Below, one piece after another: positions 1-8,934 of a DNA stretch of 41,026 nt (positions are counted from its first letter, which is position 1; each line of letters opens with the position of its first letter). Source of the DNA: an uncultured Planctomycetales bacterium (GTDB lineage Bacteria > Omnitrophota > Gorgyraeia > Gygaellales > Profunditerraquicolaceae); contig CAZKSS010000001.1 in NCBI GenBank assembly GCA_964555545.1, positions 14,058-55,083 of the forward strand, read 5' to 3'. The position numbers and the translations under genes were made by a program. The notes beneath the pieces are model-generated. The model saw only the letters and a program-made list of their open reading frames with translations, had not been told where the DNA came from and ran no database searches.

Positions 1-88
1 TTTATCAGTAGGTGGTAAAAATACCAAATTGTCAAAGTATCAATTTCTCATCTTACACTAAAAGTATAACATATTTTGGGCAAGGGCG

Positions 89-1027
89 TCAAGGGTAGGA
101 GCGAAATTTCAGGTAATCCTGGATAATTTTTTTGTGGTCAAAGGCGAAGTCCAGATTCAGGAGGTCGCTTAATTTCACTACTTTCAGGCGCGCGGCATCG
201 TCGCCTGCCTGGGGCTTGCCTTTGGCTTTGGCAATGAAGACCGTGCCGATAGTATGAAAGCGGGGGTCGCGGTCAGGCTGGGAATAGGTATAGAACTGCT
301 TGAGGTCTTCTAGGTCCAAACCGGTCTCCTCCTTGGCCTCTCTTCTCACCGCATCTTCCAAACTCTCTCCGTAATCCACAAATCCGCCGGGAAGCGCATA
401 CCCAAAAGGCGGGTTACTGCGTTCAATAACCACAATTCCGTCGTTAATTTCAATAATCGCATCCACAGTGCTAAAGGGGCCGTTTTGGAGTTTATAGATA
501 ATGTGTTCCAGGTAACTGAGCACCCCTTTATTGAAAACTGCGTAGGCTTCTTGATTATAGAGGCAGAAGATGATTTCTTTGAGGCCGGTCTTTTCTTCGC
601 GCAGGTGCCGGAAAACTTCCTGGGCCATAATTTTTGCCGCAGCCAGCCAAGGAAACCCTCCCACGCCGCAGCCCAAGGCGGGAAAGGCCAGGGATTTAAT
701 TTTTAATTTTTCCGCAAGCGCCAGCGCGCTTTTAGCGGCGTTTCTGATTTTGACTTCGTCGGTTTTGAAATCCAGCCCCATGGTCGCGGCATGAATCACG
801 TATTTGGCTGGTAACTTGCCTGCGCCAGTGGCCACGGCCTTACCTATATCTATAGGACCTTTCTTGACGGCCTCATCTTCAATAACCTGGCCGCCCTTTC
901 TCTTGATGGCGCCGGCCACTCCCCCGCCCATGACCAATTTATTATTGGCGGCGTTGACAATGGCCTCCACCTCTAACTGCGTAATATCGCCCTGCACGAT
1001 TTTAATCTCGATATCCTTGATTTTCAT
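89..1027 (-). CDS. Macro domain (ADP-ribose / O-acetyl-ADP-ribose processing) fused to Nudix hydrolase
   Basis: 312-aa ORF. The N-terminus has the macro signature (VQGDITQ..., NAANN, GGGVAGAI). The C-terminus has the Nudix box GGFVDYGESLEDAVRREAKEETGL. Confidence 0.85.
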   Translation of the reverse strand: MKIKDIEIKIVQGDITQLEVEAIVNAANNKLVMGGGVAGAIKRKGGQVIEDEAVKKGPIDIGKAVATGAGKLPAKYVIHAATMGLDFKTDEVKIRNAAKSALALAEKLKIKSLAFPALGCGVGGFPWLAAAKIMAQEVFRHLREEKTGLKEIIFCLYNQEAYAVFNKGVLSYLEHIIYKLQNGPFSTVDAIIEINDGIVVIERSNPPFGYALPGGFVDYGESLEDAVRREAKEETGLDLEDLKQFYTYSQPDRDPRFHTIGTVFIAKAKGKPQAGDDAARLKVVKLSDLLNLDFAFDHKKIIQDYLKFRSYP

Positions 1028-1030
1028 GCC

Positions 1031-2818
1031 TTAATCCCTTCCGGAAGCGCTAATCATCTCCTTAATTTCCCTGCAGACCTTGTGTTTTAATAATTCCTCC
1101 AGCGAAAGCGGAATGGTCAAAGACCAGTTTTTCGCGCTGATGGTGCCGGGGGTATTGATGCGGTAGGCATAAGGGTCGCCTTGGAAGATATCCGTTAGAA
1201 ACAACCAGTCCAGCAACGTCTGGATGCAAAATATCGCCCGCGCCTCTAGGGTAGTTTTTAGGGCTGCCCTGACAATCTCGGCGTCGCTCTTCTCGCGCAT
1301 CTGGCCGCTTAATTTCAGGTGCCTCCAGAGCCTCTCTTTTTCCCGATAACTATTTTCATAAAAATCTATAAAATCCTTGAGTTGCTCTCGGGGTTTGGCC
1401 AAAATCTCTACCAACTTATCCAGGCTAGTAATCTCTTCTTGCCAGCGCAGTCTGCCGTGGCAAGAGCGCTGCGGGTCAAATAATTTTTCTTTGACGCGCA
1501 GATAATCTATCCCCCGCTCAGCACACCTGCGCTGGAACAAACCCTCATCCACGGTGCCGGCCTCGTTCTCCCACCAGGCTGGCCAGTTAGTAGTATCGTG
1601 CGTAGAGAGCATGGCCACGGAAAGATAACGGTAATCTTTGGCCGGTAAAAAATCGTGTTTTACTTTCCAGTCCTTGGTCCAGCGCTGCACGTCGTTACCG
1701 GGGATGCCGAAATCCTGCAGCGTCTTCGGGCAGACCTTGGGCACTACGCCTAAATCCTCAGCGCAAACGAGCATCTGCGTGCTCTTCAGGATAATAGAGA
1801 GTATCTTTCTGCCCTGGCCTTCCCATTGGCTATCATCCCGCGGGTCAAAAAATCCGTTTAACCCCTGATTCTCCAGCGGCTCCTCATAAGGAATACTCCA
1901 GATGCGGAATACTCCTACTACATGGTCAATGCGCAGGAGGTCGTAAAAATTCCCGGCAAAGGCGAGTTTTTCTTTCAGGTACCGGTAATTGTCCTCGGCA
2001 ATCCTTTCCCAATTATAGGTCGGCATGCCCCAGCGCTGGCCCTTGGCGCAATACATATCCGGCGGCGCTCCGGCGGAAAATTGCAATTTAAAAAACTCCG
2101 GGTGCGCCCAGACATCGCTGGAATCGCGAGAGACCAAAATCGGCAAATCCCCCTTCAAGAAGACCTTCTGGCTCTGGGCATAGGCTGCGGCGTCCTTAAA
2201 CTGCCCAAAGGCCACCCACTGTAGCCAGACCTGAAAATTTATTTCTTCCTGGTGGTTTTTGTGAAACTCTTCTAGCGCCAGCCGGTCATGGTTTTTAAAT
2301 TTCTCTTCCCAGTCCCACCAGGCCCGGCCCTGGTGGTGGTATTTTAAGACCTTAAAGAAGACGAAATCCCGCAGCCAATAATAATTTTCTTCCTTAAACC
2401 TCTGGAGTGCCGCAGAATCTTTGTCTTTTGCCCTCTGATAAACTTCCTGCAGGGCCTTAAGCTTTTCTTTTTTTATCCCGTAGTCCAGGTTGGTATTTCC
2501 GACGGGAAATCTCTGGTTTAGCCTCCCCCCCAGGGCCTGCAGGTGTATATACATCGGCTCCAGGGCAAAGGAACTCAAGGCGTCATAGGGGCAGAAAAGC
2601 GGACCTACTTCGTTCATCGGCAGGAGTTGCAGGAGGGAATTCCCGCTCTGCCGGCAGAAATCCACCAGCAGTTTTAGGTCTTGGAAATCGCCGATGCCGG
2701 CGCTATTTTTGGAATAGACGGAAAAGAGCGGGACCAATAAGCCGGCCCGTTTCTGGATGCCAACTTTCTGCCATTTTTCTTTGGCGGGCGTGTTGAGGAG
2801 TTGGGGGTGAGTGAGCAT
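1031..2818 (-). CDS. malQ: 4-alpha-glucanotransferase (amylomaltase, GH77)
   Basis: 595-aa ORF with typical MalQ blocks (LLQLLPMNE, RIDHVVGVFRIWSIP, VCAEDLGVVP, STHDT). Confidence 0.9.
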   Translation of the reverse strand: MLTHPQLLNTPAKEKWQKVGIQKRAGLLVPLFSVYSKNSAGIGDFQDLKLLVDFCRQSGNSLLQLLPMNEVGPLFCPYDALSSFALEPMYIHLQALGGRLNQRFPVGNTNLDYGIKKEKLKALQEVYQRAKDKDSAALQRFKEENYYWLRDFVFFKVLKYHHQGRAWWDWEEKFKNHDRLALEEFHKNHQEEINFQVWLQWVAFGQFKDAAAYAQSQKVFLKGDLPILVSRDSSDVWAHPEFFKLQFSAGAPPDMYCAKGQRWGMPTYNWERIAEDNYRYLKEKLAFAGNFYDLLRIDHVVGVFRIWSIPYEEPLENQGLNGFFDPRDDSQWEGQGRKILSIILKSTQMLVCAEDLGVVPKVCPKTLQDFGIPGNDVQRWTKDWKVKHDFLPAKDYRYLSVAMLSTHDTTNWPAWWENEAGTVDEGLFQRRCAERGIDYLRVKEKLFDPQRSCHGRLRWQEEITSLDKLVEILAKPREQLKDFIDFYENSYREKERLWRHLKLSGQMREKSDAEIVRAALKTTLEARAIFCIQTLLDWLFLTDIFQGDPYAYRINTPGTISAKNWSLTIPLSLEELLKHKVCREIKEMISASGRD

Positions 2819-2835
2819 TTGAGAAAAAAGGCGGG

Positions 2836-3822
2836 TTAAAAGTTCGCCTCTAACCTGACCTCGGTGTATAAACCGTCTTTAAGGGTTACCTTGCCGAGAG
2901 AATCGCGGTATTTTAGGGAGCGGTCAAACATCCCGCCGGCAGAAACCGAAAGGTCAATGAATTTCGTCAGCGCATACTTCAGGCCCCCGCCTAAGTGGAT
3001 TTCATTATAGGCCAGGATCGCACTCTTATAGCCCTCTTTTTCCACCTGAAACTCGCTGCCGTTGAAGCCGCCTTCGGCAAAGATATCCAGTTTATCATTG
3101 ATACTATAGACCACTGTGGGACGGGGAGGAATCAGGTTAAAGAGGAGTTTGTCGCTGTATTGATAGATGAGTCCGGCAATGGGTCCGACCTCGTTCTCTT
3201 CACTGGGGTATACTGCCACACCGGCAATGAGAGTCAATTTGGGATTCGGCTGGTAGATTAAAAAGTACCTGGAGGGGATACGGAAGGCAGAGGCAGTGAC
3301 CCTCCAGTCGTCCGTCGGAAAAGAAGGGGTGACCCCGAAACGAAAATAGGTATTTTTAAGATTAAAGAAGGGCAGCGTTGCTTCCGCATCAAAGACGATA
3401 CTGGTCAGGTGCGCTGGAAGGAAGACTTCGGTACTATTATTTATACCTATATATTCCGAGCCAATGCCCAATTGCACCGGCAACTTGCCGAAGACCTTGA
3501 AATTATGGCTGTACTCAAATTCAGAGTGGTTTACGCCGACGCTTCCGGCTAGGCCGCGGGCATCCTGCTTGGGGATAAACCTGACAAAGGTGTCTATTTC
3601 CCGAGGGAGTTCCTCTGCGGGTTGCTCTTCTTTGGAGATGACCTCTCCTAACCTCTGTTTGTAATCTGCAGCCGATGCCTTTTGCTGGGCCTGGGCAAAG
3701 GCCTCACTCATCACCTGGGATTTTTCGCTCTCTAAGGCGGCAGCCGGCCGCAGAGAAAATAAAGGCGTAAAACTGAAGATAAAAAATAATCCGCTGGTCA
3801 GCCAGACGAATTTCCTCTCCAT
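2836..3822 (-). CDS. Putative outer-membrane beta-barrel protein
   Basis: 328-aa ORF with an N-terminal signal-like hydrophobic segment, alternating beta-strand-like composition and a C-terminal aromatic residue (..RLEANF). No family recognised. Confidence 0.5.
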   Translation of the reverse strand: MERKFVWLTSGLFFIFSFTPLFSLRPAAALESEKSQVMSEAFAQAQQKASAADYKQRLGEVISKEEQPAEELPREIDTFVRFIPKQDARGLAGSVGVNHSEFEYSHNFKVFGKLPVQLGIGSEYIGINNSTEVFLPAHLTSIVFDAEATLPFFNLKNTYFRFGVTPSFPTDDWRVTASAFRIPSRYFLIYQPNPKLTLIAGVAVYPSEENEVGPIAGLIYQYSDKLLFNLIPPRPTVVYSINDKLDIFAEGGFNGSEFQVEKEGYKSAILAYNEIHLGGGLKYALTKFIDLSVSAGGMFDRSLKYRDSLGKVTLKDGLYTEVRLEANF

Positions 3823-3879
3823 CTCCTACCCCCTTTTTTCTCTCATTATAGCATCAAAGTTGAATAAGCAAATAGTTAT

Positions 3880-5709
3880 TTACGGCTTCAGGATATTTTT
3901 CAGCAGGGTATTTTTCAGGTTGTTGATGATATCCAGCACCGGGGGGATAAATTTATACTTGGGCTCTTTCAGCGTCCCGCTGATACGGATGGTGCCAAAA
4001 GTTCCGGACTCTCCCACTATGGCCGTGGCCACCTCTCTAAAGGTTCGGTTCAGCGGTATAGCATCGCTGAAGACCTGGACGTTAATAGAGGCATCCAAGG
4101 AACTATCAAAGCCGAGTTTGCAGGAGCCGCTTAAGCCCACCAGGTCGCTTTTTAAGTTGAGGTTATCAGAAGTAATGTATCTGTCCCTGATGATAAAATC
4201 TGCTGAGCCCTGATGAAAGATGACGTTGGAGAAATCCTTGATAAAAACCAGTTTACCCAGGCCCTGGAAAAGATTTAATTCCCAGAGTTTTCCGTCGGAC
4301 ATAGAGATATTGCCAGTGCCGCTGATTTTGGAGAAGTCAACGGCAAAACCGTTGAGCCGGACTGCACCCTGGATGATGCCGGAGATATCCTTGTCTCTGG
4401 CTGCGGTGTCTGATTTTAATTTCTCAATTTTTATGCCCCGGATATCCGTGTTCAGCCAATAAGGAAGATTCTCGGCAGTAAGATTTATTTTTGCGCTGGA
4501 GGTAATCGCGCCGTCATACAAGGAAAGATGTAATACCGGTATCCCGCCCAGGCCAGCGGCCTGGTTGTAATTCAGAAAAAGCTGGGTGGCCTCCAGGCCA
4601 AAGGCAGAAACAGCCGGCGAGGATAGGGCTACGCCGACGGCGCAATTTTTTATCTGGTTAAGATTGCCTTTGAGCGCAAACTCTGCATGCACCAGGCCTT
4701 GCAGTTTGGCTGCCTCTAGTTGCGCAGCCTTCTGCTTAAAAATCGCCTTCAGGTCGCTCAGGGAGATATCGGAAATACCCTTTAGGTCTGCGGCTGGAAC
4801 TGCGGGGGTAGAGGTATCCAGGGTTGCGGCAAGTGAAAACCGGGAGTTAAGATAGCTGCCGCTCAGGCGGGAGACATTAATCACTTTATCTGCGACGCTA
4901 AAGTTACCCGCTAAGGCCAGGCCGTGGCTAGAAAGACGCAGTTGCACTAGAGGATGCTTAAAATCTTTAAACTCAAGATTAAGCGTGCCGCTGAAGGCGC
5001 TCTCCGGCGGAAAGAGGTTGAGGCCTTGCGTATAGGCGCAAAATTCACGGGGAGAAAAATCAGCAAAGGTAATCTGGGCAGTCAGTTCCTGCCGGAGAAT
5101 GGCAAATTCGCCTGTGGCCTGTATCTTTGCGGCTCGCCGGCCAGGGATTTCTGAAGCGAAGGTAAAATTTAATTTGGCTGGCAGAGATAAATAGAGCATC
5201 AAGTTGACCTGGTCCAGACTCTGGACAAAAGTCGGCTCTAGCGTATCGTCTTGAAAATCAATGCGGGAACTGCTGACCTTGACCTTTCTCACCCACAAAT
5301 TAAATTTTGCCTTTTTCACAGGGCGCGGCTCTCTTGGTCTAAATAAATCTGCGAGATTAAAGGAATTATCTGCCCGGCGTTGGAGGAATATCACTGCCTG
5401 TCTGATGTTTATAGAAGGAATGATAATCTCCCGTCGCAAAATTGGGAAAATCAGGAAGCCGCAGTCCGCCTCTTTTATGCTGAGTAAGGACTTTTGCGCG
5501 TCGTAAATCTCTAGGTCCCTGAGGACGAAGCCTTTAAAGAGATGAAATTTTAATTCTCCCAGGACAACTCTTTTCTGGGTCTCTTCAGTGAGGCCAGAGA
5601 CAACTAAAGATTTGATTTTGGTGGGCAGGAAGACCTGGTTAAGATAAATCATGCCGCAGGTGATGGCGATGGCAATGACGATAATGACTGAAATAATTTT
5701 TTTCAGCAT
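3880..5709 (-). CDS. AsmA-family / AsmA-like envelope protein
   Basis: 609-aa ORF with a single N-terminal TM anchor (IISVIIVIAIAITCGMIYL) followed by a long beta-rich repetitive region. The assignment is architecture-level only. Confidence 0.6.
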   Translation of the reverse strand: MLKKIISVIIVIAIAITCGMIYLNQVFLPTKIKSLVVSGLTEETQKRVVLGELKFHLFKGFVLRDLEIYDAQKSLLSIKEADCGFLIFPILRREIIIPSINIRQAVIFLQRRADNSFNLADLFRPREPRPVKKAKFNLWVRKVKVSSSRIDFQDDTLEPTFVQSLDQVNLMLYLSLPAKLNFTFASEIPGRRAAKIQATGEFAILRQELTAQITFADFSPREFCAYTQGLNLFPPESAFSGTLNLEFKDFKHPLVQLRLSSHGLALAGNFSVADKVINVSRLSGSYLNSRFSLAATLDTSTPAVPAADLKGISDISLSDLKAIFKQKAAQLEAAKLQGLVHAEFALKGNLNQIKNCAVGVALSSPAVSAFGLEATQLFLNYNQAAGLGGIPVLHLSLYDGAITSSAKINLTAENLPYWLNTDIRGIKIEKLKSDTAARDKDISGIIQGAVRLNGFAVDFSKISGTGNISMSDGKLWELNLFQGLGKLVFIKDFSNVIFHQGSADFIIRDRYITSDNLNLKSDLVGLSGSCKLGFDSSLDASINVQVFSDAIPLNRTFREVATAIVGESGTFGTIRISGTLKEPKYKFIPPVLDIINNLKNTLLKNILKP

Positions 5710-5730
5710 AACAAGACGAGGGAAAAAGGT

Positions 5731-6453
5731 TTAGTCCGTGGCGCAGCCTAAAGGAAGATTCCGGTCTACGAAGTCAATAATCTTTTTCTGGGTGTCGTGG
5801 GTAATATTATGGAATTCTAAACCCATGCCCGGATAAATCTGCGGCTGAATCTCTTTCTCTACTAACCAGATCACCTTGCACTGCAGTTCCAGGAGCCCGG
5901 GCTTAGGCAGAAGGGCAAGCCGGACATCCAATATTTCTCCTAAGGGATAGCTCTTATCCGCAAAAACCAATAAGCCCAGACCGCTGATATTTAAGACCTT
6001 GCCGGCATTGAATTTTTCGTTTTTGCCGGCGGATTTGAATTCTATATCTATATCCAGAGGCAGGCGCTTGAACCTGCGCCGCAGTTGTTTCTTCTGAATT
6101 TCGGCAATCACCTGGTCTTCCTCAAAGGCCCGCAGGGCGAATTCCTCCTCCGGATACATTTCAAAAACCCGGTCCAGGCCAACCAGGCAGAAGACCTTGT
6201 GCAGGTGTGCGGCGACCTTAGTAAATTTTATCCTGCCCTTGTGGTTGGTGACGTCTTTGTAGGCAATGGCCAAGACCGATAATCCGGCATAATCCACCAA
6301 ATTCACATTTTCAAAATTACAGAGTATGTCCCGGTAGCCGTTACCCAGGCACCAGGCGACCATTTCAATAAAATTGGCGCAGTTAATATCAATGCTGCCG
6401 GTCAGATCCAGGATGGCGATGGTCTTGGACCTACGAAAATCAATTTCCAACAT
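5731..6453 (-). CDS. STAS domain (anti-sigma antagonist-like) fused to PilZ c-di-GMP-binding domain
   Basis: 240-aa ORF. The N-terminal ~110 aa are STAS-like. The C-terminal part carries PilZ motifs: RxxxR within QLRRRFKR, and (D/N)xSxxG as NISGLG. Confidence 0.75.
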   Translation of the reverse strand: MLEIDFRRSKTIAILDLTGSIDINCANFIEMVAWCLGNGYRDILCNFENVNLVDYAGLSVLAIAYKDVTNHKGRIKFTKVAAHLHKVFCLVGLDRVFEMYPEEEFALRAFEEDQVIAEIQKKQLRRRFKRLPLDIDIEFKSAGKNEKFNAGKVLNISGLGLLVFADKSYPLGEILDVRLALLPKPGLLELQCKVIWLVEKEIQPQIYPGMGLEFHNITHDTQKKIIDFVDRNLPLGCATD

Positions 6454-6476
6454 TTTCTTTTTCTCCGTCGCCCATT

Positions 6477-6504
6477 ATTTTATCAGAACGGGAAAAAACT
6501 ACAA
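6477..6504 (-). promoter_or_regulatory. Possible sigma70-type promoter for the STAS-PilZ gene
   Basis: Minus strand reads TTGTAG, a 16-nt spacer, then TAAAAT, about 25 nt upstream of the ATG at 6453. Confidence 0.3.
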
Positions 6505-6523
6505 TTTATTTTTTAATGAGCAG

Positions 6524-6693
6524 ACAACTTACGCAGCGCAAGCGACGTAAGTTGTAGTCCCGCCACAGGCGGGACGTCTGCGAATTAACCCCGCCCTTTT
6601 GGCAAGGCAGGCAATCGAAGCATAACCTGCCCAAAAGGGCGGGGTAAATTCAGCCCGCAAACTTATGTTCGCTATCGCTCCATAAGTTTGGGC
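6524..6693. repeat. Cluster of four consecutive strong hairpins (REP-like or small structured RNA)
   Basis: Inverted repeats: 6524-6533/6546-6555 (10 bp, with a GCAA tetraloop inside), 6557-6564/6568-6575 (8 bp), 6588-6602/6631-6645 (15 bp, with a nested GGCAGG/CCTGCC stem), and 6654-6668/6681-6693 (13 bp with a 2-nt bulge). None is followed by a U-tract. Confidence 0.55.
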
Positions 6694-6698
6694 TTCAT

Positions 6699-8123
6699 TT
6701 ATTTTTTCTGGCGCATAAACTTTTTGGCGGCCTGAAGCGCTTGCTGGCGGTTCTGGATTTTGCCGATGGCCTGCAGTTCCTCTACTTCGCGTAGCATTGC
6801 GCCGATTAAAGGCGAGGGCTCCAATTTGAATTCCCGGATTAAATCGTCGCCGGTTACTAGGCGCGGCTCTTTTTTTTCTTTCTGCTGCTGAAAATATTCC
6901 TGAAGCAAAGCAGAAACCATTTTTTCATGGCGCATCCTGGAGGCCTTGGTGGTCAGCCGGCCTTTGGTAGAGCGCTGGTCAGCCAAGGAAATCAAGAGCG
7001 TGCTGGCGGCCTCATCCTGGGTATCGCGGAAATATCTGAATTTTGCCCGCGCCGTCAGGTTTACGTTATCCGCCAGATAACCCGGCCTTAAATGCCAGAA
7101 GACCATCTTTTTTAAGGCCAGGACTTCGTCGTTAGAAAGTTTCAGGCGCCTGGAGAGGTCTTCAGTAATCTTGGCCCCTATCCTTTCGTGGCCGTGGAAG
7201 ATGGTCTTGCCTTTTTTGCGGCGCCTGGCTTGGGGTTTTCCGATGTCGTGTAAAAGCGCGCCTAACTTCATTAATGCCCGACGCCTCCTCTGTGAAGAGA
7301 TAACCTCATCCAGGTAATCCTGGATTTCCCTATTCTTTTTTAAATCCTCAAACAATAGTTCCAACTGCCTTAAGGTCTCAAAACTATGTTTATGGACGTC
7401 CAGATGATGATACGGCCCCTGGTCCACCCCGCGCATAACTTCAAACTCCGGAAAAACCACCTTTAGTATTTTTAATTTATCCATCCGGCTAAGACACTCA
7501 GAGGCGCAGGGGCTGTCAAAAATTTTAAATAGCTCGTCGCGGATGCGCTCAGGCGATACGCCGGATAATTTCTTTTTCTTTGCCGCGATTGACCTTAAGG
7601 TCTGCTGGTCTATCTTAAATCCGAGCATACTGGAAAAACTAAAGGCGCGCAAGATCCTTAAGGGGTCTTCGTCAAAGGAATGCGCATTTACCTGCCTGAT
7701 TATTTTATCTCTTAAGTCGCCCCTGGCGTTATAAAGGTCAAGCAAGAGATCGCTCCCCAGTTCCCTGCTCAGCGTATTGATGGTGAAGTCGCGGTGGCGC
7801 AGGTCCTCGGCCAGGGTCCGGCCGCGGAAGTCGGTAAAATCCAAGGTATAGGTTTTATCTTTAATCTTTTTTACCAGACGGGCTGCGCCGTGGGCTTTGT
7901 CCAAGACCACAAAACCGGCTTTTATTTTTTTGCTTAAGGCGCGGCCAAAACTTATCGCGCCCTTTTTCAGGCAAAAATCTATATCCGGGCTCTCCCTCTT
8001 TCTCTTCAAAAGCATATCGCGTAGATAGCCGCCGACAATATAGAGTTTTACTTTTCTGGCCTTGGCAAACCCTAAAACCACTCCCAACAACTTTCTATCC
8101 TCTGCTTTTGTTAATATGCTCAT
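6699..8123 (-). CDS. cca: CCA-adding tRNA nucleotidyltransferase / poly(A) polymerase family with HD domain
   Basis: 474-aa ORF with the N-terminal nucleotidyltransferase motif (IVGGYLRDMLL...DIDF) and a C-terminal HD motif (LLHDIGKP). Confidence 0.8.
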   Translation of the reverse strand: MSILTKAEDRKLLGVVLGFAKARKVKLYIVGGYLRDMLLKRKRESPDIDFCLKKGAISFGRALSKKIKAGFVVLDKAHGAARLVKKIKDKTYTLDFTDFRGRTLAEDLRHRDFTINTLSRELGSDLLLDLYNARGDLRDKIIRQVNAHSFDEDPLRILRAFSFSSMLGFKIDQQTLRSIAAKKKKLSGVSPERIRDELFKIFDSPCASECLSRMDKLKILKVVFPEFEVMRGVDQGPYHHLDVHKHSFETLRQLELLFEDLKKNREIQDYLDEVISSQRRRRALMKLGALLHDIGKPQARRRKKGKTIFHGHERIGAKITEDLSRRLKLSNDEVLALKKMVFWHLRPGYLADNVNLTARAKFRYFRDTQDEAASTLLISLADQRSTKGRLTTKASRMRHEKMVSALLQEYFQQQKEKKEPRLVTGDDLIREFKLEPSPLIGAMLREVEELQAIGKIQNRQQALQAAKKFMRQKK

Positions 8124-8150
8124 TATCGATCATTCTCTTTTAGTAGGTCC

Positions 8151-8360
8151 TGCCTTGGTCTCCTAACTCAATCCCGTCTCCTCACTCGCTAAAAGGTGCT
8201 CGTCGCATTCGGCTCAACTTCTGCTGTAAGCCCCCCATCCCCCACTGACTGGAAAGAGAGGTGGGGGTTGTTCATAGATGCTAAGCACGGAGAAGTCTCG
8301 CCTCATATACTTACTCCTGCGCGCTCTTCAAGCTCGTTCGGAAACGGTCTTGAGTTTTTC
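8151..8360 (-). ncRNA. Conserved 3' domain of an unclassified structured element (copy B, split)
   Basis: Near-identical by eye to 28953-29160. Contains the hairpin CCCCCAC..GTGGGGG and a helix supported by compensatory changes (8218-8224 with 8289-8295). Confidence 0.45.
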
Positions 8361-8403
8361 TTTTTAATACCTGTAAAATTGATTTCTTTAATAACGGATG
8401 GCA

Positions 8404-8934
8404 TTATTGCAGTGGCGGCGGTAATCCTAAGAAATCTAAAGGTAACTCGTAGAAAAAATAATGGCAGCCAACTGACTTGACATATTCTAAGACATCTCTA
8501 TATTGTTCTTTCTTAAACCAATCATTTAAAATATACACATATTCAACTGCGATTTCTAAAGGCGCAAGTAACTTCTTATATTGGCGATATTTAAAATCGC
8601 AGGTTTGCAATTTTTCATCAACCGATCCAGTCACTTCTTGAAACTTAATTTCAATGATAAAAAGAGTCTTACCAGTAAAAATTAATATGGCTTCATCGGG
8701 TAATAATTTTTTTGAAATAATAGATGAAAAATCAATATTATTCGGCTCTAGTAAGTTTTTATATAATTTATTTTTCCCATAGAATTCAGCGACTCTTTCA
8801 TTTTGGAAATAAACTGTATCGCCTTTAATTTTGTAGCCGGCTAAAGAAGCTAAGAGCTTTTTCATCTCTACTCTTGACTCAAATCTTAAGCCCGCTATTG
8901 CTGTCTTAGAACCTCCCTTACCACCACGGATCAT
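8404..8934 (-). CDS. Putative type II restriction endonuclease (PD-(D/E)xK fold)
   Basis: 176-aa ORF whose start overlaps the methyltransferase stop by 4 nt (ATGA). Carries a PD...ExK motif (LLPDEAILIFTGKTLFIIEIKFQ). The region is AT-rich. Confidence 0.6.
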   Translation of the reverse strand: MIRGGKGGSKTAIAGLRFESRVEMKKLLASLAGYKIKGDTVYFQNERVAEFYGKNKLYKNLLEPNNIDFSSIISKKLLPDEAILIFTGKTLFIIEIKFQEVTGSVDEKLQTCDFKYRQYKKLLAPLEIAVEYVYILNDWFKKEQYRDVLEYVKSVGCHYFFYELPLDFLGLPPPLQ

